Virus record (IMG/VR): IMGVR_UViG_3300022923_000105
Span: 1-24,008 of that record
Strand: one strand, 5' to 3'
From: a virus
Lineage: Duplodnaviria; Caudoviricetes
Length of the DNA stretch: 24,008 nt
Positions within the stretch are counted from its first letter, which is position 1. Each line of letters opens with the position of its first letter. The notes beneath the pieces were generated by a model, which made no database searches, was not told the origin of the DNA, and worked only from the letters and a program-made list of their open reading frames with translations. A program made the position numbers and the translations under genes. Positions 7,886 to 20,300 of the stretch are shown piece by piece.

Positions 7886-10800
7886 ATGGCCACAACAGAT
7901 AGACAGAACAGATTATTAGTAGCGGAAGATTGGAGGAAGATCTACCAGGCCTTCCAACAGGCCGACTTCAAATCTTACGATTTTGAAACTTTGAGAAGGA
8001 CCATGGTAGCATATCTACAGGAGAACTACCCAGATGATTTCAACGATTTCGTTGAGAGTTCTGAGTACGTGGCACTAATAGATCTCATAGCCTACATAGC
8101 ACAGGCATTAAGTTTCAGGGTTGACCTGAACGCCAGGGAGAATTTCCTGGAGACAGCGGAGAGAAGGAACAGTGTCCTAAGATTGGCGAGGTTGATCAAC
8201 TACAACGCCAAGAGGAATCAACCAGCGACAGGACTCCTAAAAATAGATTCAATATCCACAACACAGGATGTACAGGACAGTTCGGGAACGAACCTAGCAA
8301 ATTCAAACATCATATGGAATGACTCGGCCAACTCAAACTACAGGGAGCAGTTCACTGCCATATTGAATGCGGCCAACCAGACAGGACAACTGTTTGGCAA
8401 TCCAAGGGAATCAGGCACCATAGGTGGCATCACCACAGAGGTATACACTTTAAGTTCCAATCAGTTGGATCTACCCATATTCAAATTTCAGAAGTCTGTG
8501 GGAGGCGTGTCTAGGTCATTCGAGATAGTGCCCAGCACCATAACAGATTCTGATTCGATATACGAATCATCACCAGTGCCAGGCACGGGATTGACATACA
8601 CATACAGATCAGATGGATCAGGAGACAGTTCCAACAACACGGGATTCTTCTTCCTGTTCAAACAGGGAACGATGCAGAACCAAGAGTTCACTGTGGACAC
8701 AGCAATCACAAACTATGTGAAAAGTTTTGAGACATCCAACATAAACAATTCTGATGTATGGTTGTATAAGTTAGACCAATTTGGACAGTTGTCAGAATCA
8801 TGGACCAAGGTGCCATCGTTATCTGGCAATAATGCAATTTACAACTCTTTATCAAAAGCAGAGAGAAACACTTACAATGTAGTAACAAAAAACAACGACG
8901 CAATCGACCTAGTGTTCGGGGATGGCAATTTCTCAAACATACCTCTGGGCAACTTCAGGACCTACTACAGGGTCAGTGACAACGCCAAGTATGCGATACA
9001 GTCATCAGACATGCAGAACGTACAGTTGACCGTGCCATACACGGACGCCAACGGTGCACAGCAAAGTTTGACCATGAGTGTGAGCCTCAAGGCCAGTGTC
9101 TACAATTCAGCGGCCACGGAATCCAATGATTCAATCAAAGAGAAAGCCGCACAGGTCTACTACTCTCAGAACAGGATGATCACAGCAGAGGACTACCAAG
9201 TGGTGCCTTTGAGTGCATCACAGGAGATCGTCAAAGTTAGATCTGTCAACAGATCTGCATCAGGCATAAGCAGGGCCAAAGAGATACTGGATCCAACGGG
9301 TGCATACTCCAATGTCAGCGTGTTTGCAGAAGACGGAATATTATACAGGGAGGAAAGTGTACAGCAGTTCACGTTCACTTTCAACAACAGGAGCGACATC
9401 CAGTCTACAATAGACACATCTGTGGAAGCCAAGTTAAAGGAAGCATACGCCAGGCAGTTCTACTACCTGAAGTACGGCACAAAAGACGCCAGCACACTTT
9501 CAGCAACATGGAATTCAACAACAACTTCCACCAACACCAACACAGGGTATTTCACTTCAGGTGGAGCATTGGTGATAGGTGATTCTGCAACTAGTAACAT
9601 GAAGTTCGCTAAACCAGGTGCATTGGTCAAATTCACATCGCCAGACACCAGGAAGTTCCTGAACGGTACACTGGTCTCATCATCCACGGACAACGCGGAA
9701 GACAGGTTATGGGCCAAGATAGGTGCAGTGGTCCTTGATGGAGCCAACGGCGGATCGGGGAACCTAGAGTCAGGTGTCGGCCCGGTCACACTTAACAACA
9801 TAGTGCCAGACGGTTCTGTAATCAATGCAATAATTCCAAATCTGACCACATCTTTCAGTGCAACGCTAGAAGCAGATATCATATCCAGGATAGAGGCCTA
9901 CGAGGAATTTGGTTTACGATATGACACAGATTCAGAAACGTGGAAGGTGATCACTTCCACCAACCTAAGCACTGGTTCAGTGTTCAGTCTTGGTAACACA
10001 GGTTCGACCACAGGAACAAATGCGGATGCCAGTTGGTGGTTTAAATTCACCAACGACGGAAACACCTACACCGTACAATACAGGAAACTGGATTACATAT
10101 TCGAATCCGAGTCACAGAACAAGTTCCACTATGATGTGGAAGAGAAAATTTACGATTACACCACAGGAAAGAGTGTCAAGGACACAGTGAAAATACTTAA
10201 AACAAACAGTATCGTATCAACAGGCAACAGCATAGGCTATCCCATCACTTGGCAGGTGGTCGACGTGGTCACAGAGGCAGATGGCTTCCAGGACAACAGG
10301 AAGGTCAAGGTCGGTTTCTATGACGATGACGATGACGGTGTTGTGGACAATCCTGAATTGTTTGACATATACGTTGAACCAACACTTTCAGAATCCACAA
10401 AATTCGTGTTCTTCGAGAAGTACACATCATATGATGCCATTGAAAGATTCAGACCATACGCCGCAACCAACTTCGTTGTTGCTGAAAATGAAACAGACAT
10501 AAATTTAAACACGTCGACCTACACAGACGGGCAACTGTTTTATTTCTATGATAGTGCCGAGGATGTGATCAAGAAGTACAGTTCTACAACCAATACCTTG
10601 ACCACAACAACAGACTACACAGCAAGGAAGGGCAGGAGTTCAATAAACTTCCAATACAAACACCATGCCGGCCAAGAGACCAGGATAGATCCAAGTGTTT
10701 CAAACATTGTTGACGTTTATTTGTTAGAGAGGACATATGACAACCTGTTCAGGATCTGGTTACAGGACGGCGGAAGCCGACCGGAAGTGTCCACGGCAGA

Positions 10801-11368
10801 CCAGTTGAGGATCAACTACTCAGGCACACTGAACCCATTGAAATCACTTTCAGATCAGATCATTTACCATCCTGTCAAGTACAAGATACTTTTTGGTTCG
10901 AACGCGGAAGAGCAATTACAGGCAACCTTCAAGGTTGTGAAGAATCCAAAAACGAATGTGTCAGATGCAGTGATCAAGACCAGAGTCATTGCCGCTATCA
11001 ACGAATTCTTCGCACTGGACAACTGGGATTTTGGAGACGCTTTTTATTTTACAGAACTAGCCGCTTACATACACAATCAACTAGCACCAGACTTGTTGAC
11101 TGCTGTCATCGTGCCCAACCAGTCAGGACAGGGTTTTGGGTCCTTGTTCCAACTCGACTCAGCGGCAGACGAGATTTTCATCAGTGGGGCCACCGTTGAT
11201 GATGTGTCAATCATAACAGCACTGGGAGCCAACCAACTGGCGGCCTCCGGCACTGTGGTCACATCGACATCAACTGCCACGACCAACACCACGACAGGAT
11301 CAGCAGTGTCAGGCTCTACTACAACAGGTTCCGGTTCAAGCACCGGCAGTAGTGGGTCAGGATACTAA
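7886..11368 (+). CDS. gp6: Baseplate wedge subunit gp6-like (baseplate J family), extended to 1160 aa
   Basis: DFKSYDFETLR...DFNDFVESSE...LIDLIAY...ENFLETAERRNSVLRLARLINY, LVFGDGNF and ESNDSIKEKA...QNRMITAEDY are T4 gp6-type motifs. It follows gp25. Confidence 0.9.
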   Translation: MATTDRQNRLLVAEDWRKIYQAFQQADFKSYDFETLRRTMVAYLQENYPDDFNDFVESSEYVALIDLIAYIAQALSFRVDLNARENFLETAERRNSVLRLARLINYNAKRNQPATGLLKIDSISTTQDVQDSSGTNLANSNIIWNDSANSNYREQFTAILNAANQTGQLFGNPRESGTIGGITTEVYTLSSNQLDLPIFKFQKSVGGVSRSFEIVPSTITDSDSIYESSPVPGTGLTYTYRSDGSGDSSNNTGFFFLFKQGTMQNQEFTVDTAITNYVKSFETSNINNSDVWLYKLDQFGQLSESWTKVPSLSGNNAIYNSLSKAERNTYNVVTKNNDAIDLVFGDGNFSNIPLGNFRTYYRVSDNAKYAIQSSDMQNVQLTVPYTDANGAQQSLTMSVSLKASVYNSAATESNDSIKEKAAQVYYSQNRMITAEDYQVVPLSASQEIVKVRSVNRSASGISRAKEILDPTGAYSNVSVFAEDGILYREESVQQFTFTFNNRSDIQSTIDTSVEAKLKEAYARQFYYLKYGTKDASTLSATWNSTTTSTNTNTGYFTSGGALVIGDSATSNMKFAKPGALVKFTSPDTRKFLNGTLVSSSTDNAEDRLWAKIGAVVLDGANGGSGNLESGVGPVTLNNIVPDGSVINAIIPNLTTSFSATLEADIISRIEAYEEFGLRYDTDSETWKVITSTNLSTGSVFSLGNTGSTTGTNADASWWFKFTNDGNTYTVQYRKLDYIFESESQNKFHYDVEEKIYDYTTGKSVKDTVKILKTNSIVSTGNSIGYPITWQVVDVVTEADGFQDNRKVKVGFYDDDDDGVVDNPELFDIYVEPTLSESTKFVFFEKYTSYDAIERFRPYAATNFVVAENETDINLNTSTYTDGQLFYFYDSAEDVIKKYSSTTNTLTTTTDYTARKGRSSINFQYKHHAGQETRIDPSVSNIVDVYLLERTYDNLFRIWLQDGGSRPEVSTADQLRINYSGTLNPLKSLSDQIIYHPVKYKILFGSNAEEQLQATFKVVKNPKTNVSDAVIKTRVIAAINEFFALDNWDFGDAFYFTELAAYIHNQLAPDLLTAVIVPNQSGQGFGSLFQLDSAADEIFISGATVDDVSIITALGANQLAASGTVVTSTSTATTNTTTGSAVSGSTTTGSGSSTGSSGSGY

Positions 11369-14300
11369 TGGCGGACAATCCCACTAACGCTTTAACCAAT
11401 AACGAAGTTGTCAAACAGGGCAACAACGAGTACAGGCGTACAGTACAGCACCTACCTGCTTTCTACAGGACGGACGCCAATCAACGTTTCCTGGCCAGCA
11501 CCATGGATCCCTTGGTACAGAAGGGTTCACTGGAGAGGCTGGACGGTTACATTGGTAGACAGGACGCATACACAAGGAATGTTGCTGATAGATACATCAC
11601 CGCAACAAGCAGGGACAGATTTGCATATCAGTTAGAACCTGCAGTCACATACACGGACAGAGACACAACGTCGGTGAATCCCGAAGATCAGGTCAAGTTC
11701 ACGGGCACGTACGATGATTACATAAACCAGATCAAGTACTTGGGAGGCAAGGTCAACAACCACGACAGGCTCAACAAGGAGACCGTGTACAGTTGGAACC
11801 CGGCCATAGACTACGACAAATTGGTCAACTACAGAGAGTACTACTGGATGCCGGATGGTCCTGGCTCTATTGAAATTGATTCTGTTGGACCAAGTGTGGT
11901 AGCGGAATACAGTGTAAAAAACAATAGTCAATCAGCATACGAGTTCACACACAGGGAGAATGAGAACAATCCCATACTGACACTATACAGGGGCAACACA
12001 TACAAGTTCAGTGTGAATGCCAAAGGACACCCTTTCTGGATAATGACCGAACCCTACAAGAGCAAGGTTTCATTAGACGGATCAACATCTACCATATTTG
12101 ACACAGGTGTCACAAACAATGGTGCTGACGAAGGAACGGTAACGTTCACGGTGCCTACCACAGGCGCACCAGACACTTTATATTACCAGTGTGGCAATCA
12201 TGACGCCATGTACGGCATACTACAGATAAAAGATGCCACGAGCACCACAGCGATAAACGTCGAGGACGATATCATAGGGGTCAAGAATTACAGTATTAGA
12301 ACTTTGGACCTATCAAATGGAATGAAGATTAAGTTCACGAACTCATTAGTAGCAACCGCATACCAGGACAAGGAATACTATGTAGAGGGTGTGGGTGATG
12401 CCATAACATTGACCGATGTTGAGGATCTGATCACACCAGGCAGTTATGCCACTGAATCAACCATACTGTATGATCAAGCAGGATACGATTCACGTCCATA
12501 CGCCAAAGCGTTCTACACACCAGAAAACAAAGACTACATGACGATCAAGAGAGACTCACGTGATCAGAATGCCTGGTCAAGATACAACAGATGGTTCCAC
12601 AGATCCGTCATAGAGGAGACAGCAAGGATCGGTGGATTCACACCAACCTTGAACGAAGATGACAGGGCCAAGAGACCCATAATAGAATTCGATTCCGGAT
12701 TGGCACTTTACAATCACGGCACAGTGGCCAAGAGATCCGTGACACTGTATGACACGGTAACAACCGACGCATTCAGCACTGTGGTCAGACAGACGGGTTA
12801 CATTATTGATGGACTGGCACTGGCAGACGGAATGAGGGTCATATTTGCGGCGGACACAGATCCTACAGTCAAGAACAAGATATACGACGTGAACTTCGTC
12901 ACGGCGGGAGACTCCACGCAGGTCATCAACTTGACCGAAGCGTCGGATGCCACACCCACTGCGAACGATTCAATCTTCATCGAATTTGGAACAACAAATC
13001 AGGGAAAAACTTTTTACTACGACGATACTACTGAAACTTTTAAAGAAGCACAACAGAAAACAGGAGTCAACCAACAACCTCTGTTTGGTATGTGGGATAA
13101 CAATCACATCTCATTCGATGATGCTACGACATATCCCAACTCAACCTTCGCAGGAGCAAAAGTGTTTGCTTTCGCAACGTCAGACACGGCGACCATGGAC
13201 ACAGTGTTGGGAATCAAAGTCAAGTACAACACAATTAACAATGTGGGCGACATTGTATTCGAATCGGACCACACATCGGGAACGTTCACTTACAGGGACG
13301 ACACAAAGACACTCACAAAAAAATTAGCAGAAGGCCATCTGCACTACACAACAGGAAGAGCAACACACAACTCACGTAGTGCTTGGATCAAAAGGACGAC
13401 GGAGAGCAAACAGCGTGTGATCAGGACATTCATAGTCGACGCAACCGAGAAGCAGTTGTTCCCGGTCGACTTCTACAAGGATTCCGCGGACCTAACAGAT
13501 CTTGAAGTATCGGTATCTGTGAACGGTTCAAGGAAGACACTGACCACTGATTATACACTGGAGACAGGAACAAAAAACAAATACGTAAAATTTAATACGG
13601 CTCTAGAGGTCAATGATCAGATCAGGATAGCAGGATACAGCAGTGCTGACAAGATCGTCGACAAGGGCATATACGAGATACCAGAAAATTTAGCGACAAA
13701 CAGTCTCAACCAACAGTTGGGCACATTCACATTTGGTCAGATACTGGCCCATGTCAGGGACATACTTGACAAGAATCAAGATGTTACAGGAGCGATACCA
13801 GGAGTTTCAAATCTACGAGACAAGCCAGATGCGAGATTGAAGGGCGGTAGCATACACCAACATGAAGGATCATTGCTCCCGGCCATATTCGGTTTGGTGG
13901 ATCAAAATTCCAACATAATTTCATCGATAGATTACGTCAGCCAGGAATACGAGAAATGGTACAATGCTTTCTTGACTCACGCCACAAGCACCGCTTACGA
14001 AGGCGTGGCCGCGGACAGAGTCGACGAAATTATAACAGCCATAACGCCGGGAAGAAACAGCACGTTTCCATTCTTCTATGAGGACATGCTAGGTTGGGGC
14101 GAAAACGTTTCAACGAGATCATACACAGTGATGGGATCATCCCAGACAGAGTATGCACTTGATTCACAACACAATATCACGACATTGAGTAACAGAGCAG
14201 TGTACGTTTATCTCAATGATGTACAGTTATTGCTGGGAACAGATTACACTTTCAGCACAACTGACGACAGTGTCAACATCAGCAAGACCCTGGCCCAAGG

Positions 14301-17300
14301 TGATAAGATCGTAATCAAAGATTACACAGACACCACGGGCAGTTACATGCCACCGTCACCGACTAAACTGGGAATGTATCCAAAGTTCACACCAGAGACA
14401 TTCACAGACACCACGTATCTCACAGACACGGCAGTGATCCGTAAGCACGACGGTTCCATTATCAAGGCGTATGGAGATGAACGTGATGATTTAATATTAG
14501 AGTTAGAGAAAAGGATCTACAACAACATCAAAGTGACCTACGATGCCACTTTGGTAGACGTACACGATGTGTTGCCAAGTGCTTTCACATCAACGGAATA
14601 CACACTACAAGAAGTGGACGGGGTGATGGCACCAGATTTCTATCAGTGGGCAGGGCGTAACAATGTGCAGTATATTAACAACACAGCGTTCACAGAAGGA
14701 TCACCATTCACTTACAACTATGCTAGATCAAAAGGCAGATTGATTGATGGGAATTTACCAGGACACTGGAGGGGAATTTACAAATATTTCTACGACACAG
14801 ATGCGCCACATGTGAGACCATGGGAGATGTTGGGACATTCGGAGAAGCCTAGCACGTGGGACGCGACCTACGGAACCGCTCCATACACATCAGGCAATGA
14901 TGTATTATGGAACGCGATAGCAACTGAACCTGGCAGGTATGGAAAACCTTCTATCAGGGACTACCTACCGGTAGACGCATCGGGTAACCTACTAGATCCG
15001 TTGGCGGCAGGACTTGTTGACAACTTTGACATACCAGGAAGACAGAACGCATGGAAGTTTGGTGATCAGGCACCAGCAGAGACGGCATGGAGGAGATCCA
15101 GCGCCTACCCATTCACGGTCATTAAGGCACTGGCACTGACCAAACCCGCCAAGTTCTTCTCTAATCTTTTTGATCCGTCTAGATTGACGACGAACGTTGC
15201 AGGCAACCAGATAAACACAGCGACTGGTATTAGGAACACACTGGCAACGGCGAAATATCATCTTGAAACGGAAACAAACACAGCAACAGGTGTGACGACA
15301 AGATACCAGACGGCAGGATATCAACCCTTAGTAATCAATTACCTGATATCAAGGAATCTAGATAGTAAAACTTTCTATTATGACAAGATGAAGAACTTGT
15401 CTGTACAACTATCTTACAAGTTGGGCGGATTCACTGAAAAGGACAACATAAAGATATTGACAGACAGCGTGTCTCCGGGATCCAAGTCAGGATCAAAATT
15501 CATCCCAGACGAAAACTACAAGATACTTTTCAGGACATCAAATCCTGTAGAGAGTTTCCAATATTCTGGTGTGCTAATAGAGAAGAACACAGATGTCAGT
15601 CAGGATGGTTCCACTATACTGGGCGGATATAAAATATTAGGCTACAGCACTACCAAACCTTACTTCAGTTTCAACTATCCGGTCAAGACCACAACAGCGA
15701 CACCGGTATCCACAGAGGGATCAACGGTGGTTGAGCAGTACACAGCATACCAACAAACCACACAGACCATACCATACGGTCACGTGTTTGACACCATACA
15801 GGATGTTGCTGATTTCTTGTTTGGCTATGGACAATGGCTTGAATCACAAGGATTCCGATTCAACAAGTTCTCGAACGAACTCAAAGAAACACTGAACTGG
15901 GCGAATGCAGTCAGAGAGTTCTTATTCTGGACCACGCAGGAATGGTCACCAGGATCGGCGATAACCGTTTCTCCGGCCGCGGACGGATTCGAACTTGACA
16001 CCAACAACAGTATTGTGGGAAAACTGAGGAACCTGGCAGGTGACTACTCATTATTGGATTCAGGAGGTAGAAAGATTGACATCAGTGAGATATCAACCAA
16101 GCGAATAGGCAAGACTTTTGAACTAGGTATTAAATCAGATACAGTTGGTCTTTACAACATAGCACTGAATACCGTACAGAAGGAACATGTACTGTTGTTC
16201 GACAACAGCACAGTGTTTGCGGACATAATATATGACCCGTTCACAGGATTCAGGCAACAGAGACTGAAACTGGTGGGTTGGAAAACAGCAGGATGGAACG
16301 GAGACTACTACGCTCCTGGCTTCGTGTTTGACGCCGCACAGGTCACATACTGGACGGCCAACACAGACTACAGGATCGGCGATAGCGTGGAGTACCAAGG
16401 CAAGTTCTATGTTGCAAAAACCAATCACAACTCGGGTGCAACTTTTGAAAAAACCAACTGGACACTCAAAGATGAGAAACCAGCACCTCAACTTATTCCA
16501 AACTTCGAGTACAAGATAGCACAGTTCAATGACTTCTATGAGTTGGAGACCAACAACTTCGACGAATCGCAACAGCAGTTGGCACAGAGGCTTACAGGAT
16601 ACCAATCAAGGGATTACCTGGAGAACCTTTTCGTCAATGACGTGTCGCAGTACAAGTTCTATCAAGGCTACATCAGGGAGAAGGGCACACAGAACGCCAT
16701 AGACAAGATATTGAAGGCCAAGTACGAGGGCGAGGACATCACGCTGGACCTGTATCCGGAATGGATGATACGTACGGGTAACTTCGGTAACACAGATTCT
16801 ATAGAGAACATACAGATCACATTGAAAGACGACGAGATAACGGCAGATCCACAGAGTATAGAATTACTTGATACATCATCGGACACTGTTGAATATGCGA
16901 GATCAGACGCCATAGTCAAAGACAATTTCTACTACAAGCCAGTTGAGTACACGGCATCAACCACATTCAAGAGATTGGACTACACCAAGGAAGGTGTGGA
17001 TAGGGACACGGCACAGGTCTTCAAGACTGCAGGGTATCCTCAACCACAACAGGTACAACACACCGCGTTCGACATAGACGAGATACTGAATCTCGACATG
17101 AATGCCATATCAACCAATGACCTGATATGGATTGCCAACAAGAGCAACCGTGATTGGGACGTGTTAAGGATAACGAGTGCTGGTATAAAGATAGCAACAT
17201 TAAATCTGATAAACGATGCAACACAGTTGGAGATAACATTCACGGATTCGCACAATTTAAATGCGGGCACCACAACAACACAAGCAGATTATTTTGGCAT

Positions 17301-20300
17301 ATCAAACAGTGAGGAAGCAACACTGAACGGTGTGTACCAGGTCATTGCAACGCCAAGCCACAAGACAGTGATCATAGATTATGATGGAAATGTGGGATTT
17401 ATCCCCGCCCTGGAAGACGGATCAACGGCTGACAGTTACGGCAACATATACAAATTCATATCTGTGAGATTGGCGTCCATGGACAACGTGAACGACCTGT
17501 TGGAATACGATCAGTATACTGATAAGAATGACGCAATTGAACAGCCAGGAGACAAAGTTTTTGCGGACGCGGACAGTTCAGGGCTGTGGCGTGTGTACGA
17601 GAAACAGGATCCATACACGACAGCATTGGTCCTATCACCAGACGCCAGCACAGCGGGACAGGAATTCGGACACAGGATCGTTGCACGTAATGACGGAAGG
17701 ACAGTGATAGCATCCGCTCCAGGCAAGGGTCAAGGTGAAGTACACTTCCTGTTTAGAAGTTCAACGGAGGCCGGAACCGAGTTACAGACACAATCAACAG
17801 CAACCATGACCGACAACGATGACAACACCAGTAGATTGGGTGAGTCACTTTCGATCAGCACCGATGAGAATTTTGTGGTAGCGGGAGCACCGTACACCAA
17901 TGCGGTAGGAGCCGACGGAAGCACTAGATTCATTGACTCGGGACTGATTAAAATTTACCTATGGGATCCAAGCACATTCAAGTACGGTATACTTGACACA
18001 GTGAGGGCACCAACAGATGGCTCAACACTCAATGAAAACGCCAACTTTGGATGGGCACACAAAATTTCAGAACCGGGCACAACATCAACTAGGACAACAG
18101 CAGACAAATACTTGTTTGTGTCCGCACCAGGTCACGATAACGATAGGGGCAGGGTTTACATGTACACGTGGGGAGTAGGTGCAGACGGTTCTACATATGA
18201 CACCTGGACACAGGACTACACCATAGAGGCACCAGCCGGTGGTTCAGGACAGAGGTTTGGACATAGGATACAGTCGAACGACAACGGAGATATACTGGCT
18301 GTCAGTTCCGTGGCTCCGGGTAATGCCGGCAAGGTTGAGATATTCATCAAGACATCACAGAGCAATGACGGAAGCACACAGAACTCTTTCGCACTGGCAC
18401 AGACCATAACAGGTGTGGCGTCAGATGGTTCAAGCATCAACACAGCGTTCGGTGAATCCATGGCGATGAGCAAGGACGGAACCACACTTGTAATAGGCGC
18501 ACCGGGTGTTGATAGCACTGCACATCCAGACGCGGGAGCCATATATTACTACAAATGGAATGCAGATGATTCTACGAACACATACACGCTACAACAGACC
18601 ATAAGTGCTCCAGAATCAAGCACCAACATGAAGTTTGGTACAAGCCTTGATATAACCGACGATGGAACGAGATTGGTTATTGGTAGTGAAAATTTCGCAA
18701 GTTCTAGGGAGATGAAATTCGATTCAGGAGAGACTACTTTCGATTTACAGGATACCAATATAGTGGACAACAACGTCCAATCAGGTGGAGTATTCACAGC
18801 CACTATGTACAACACTAAATTTATCATAGACGACAGGATGACATCACAGAACATATCTGAGCAAGACGATTTTGGACGTGGTGTGTGTGTTATTGATAAC
18901 TCTGTTTTCGTTGGTGCACCAAAAGATGATGGCAACACAGCAACAGACGGAAGCACCAAAATCGTCAACGATGGCACCGTGGCATGTTATGATCTTACAG
19001 TGAACGGTCAGTACGCTTGGAAAAACCTAGTGACAGAAACAGCACTCATAGACATAGATAAGGTAGGTAAAGTTTTTGAATTCGACAGAAAAACAAAACA
19101 AATAAAAGATTATTACGACCTATACGATCCGGTCAAAGGCAGGATATTAGGACTTGCAGACAGGGAAATAGATATCAAGACAGCGTGGGATCCTGCGATA
19201 TACAACATCGGTGACAATGCAAACACAATGACACCATGGGCGGAGACACACGTGGGGGAGGTATGGTGGGATCTGTCAACGGTCAAATGGTTATGGTATG
19301 AACAAGACACCCAGGAGTACAAGACTAATCATTGGGGACAGACATTTCCTGGTTCAAGCATAGACATATATGAATGGATTGAATCGAGGTTGTTGCCAAG
19401 CGAATGGAACAACAGGACGGAAGGGGCAATATCAACAATTTCAGGAACAGCACTGCACGGTGACGATTCTCAGTACACAGTGGTGCAAAAATATGATTCA
19501 CGATTAGATAGATTTGTTAATTTCTATTACTACTGGGTGAAAGGCAAAACAACATTGCCTAGGGACACAAACAGAAAAAACACGGTAGCCTTTGTTGCCA
19601 ATCTGATATCAAATCCTAGAACATTCGATTACAAGTACTATTCTATCACAGACACTAACAAACTAGTATTGAATAATATTTCAAATTTAACCAATGACGA
19701 TGTAGTGCTGAATGTAGATACAAGAACAAACACGTTCGAGGGAGATTCACACAGCGTGTGGAAATTGGTCAGGGAAGGCGATGCCGACTACAGGCCAGGT
19801 CAACAGATAGAGACACGTTGGTGGGACTCGCTGATAGGAAAGAACACAACAGGAGACACAGTTCCTGACAATGATTTACCACTCAATGAGAGGTACGGTA
19901 ACAGTATCAGACCAAGGCAGAGTTGGTACGTGGATAGATTTGATGCACTCAAAGAGATCATAGACTACGCAAACTCCGTGTTGAAAAAGAATCAATTGGT
20001 TGGACAGATAAGTCTAACAAACTTAGATTCCGCAGAACCAGAACCCACAGCACAGAGTGGCGAGTGGGACGCGACAGTTGACACCTATGCAGAATTGACC
20101 TATCTTAACACAGCAGACATTTCAGGCACTGTGAATTACTTGGTCAAAGCAGACGAGACAGCCAACAATTATTGGGCGATATACCAATGGGACGGAACTG
20201 AATTCACGAGGACAAAAGTACAGACCTATAACACTTCTGCCTACTGGAGTTACACCGATTGGTACAAAACCGACGGAGACATGGTACACGGGGAAAACAC

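Noticed and set aside
505-11368. Stop-codon reassignment, since all eight complete genes end in TAA
   Set aside because: No in-frame TAG or TGA interrupts any gene and code 11 gives full-length proteins, so there is no positive evidence.
2656-11368. Bacterial eCIS, tailocin or T6SS locus
   Set aside because: The adjacent gp55 and gp47 genes and TATAAATA late promoters indicate a T4-like/jumbo phage genome.
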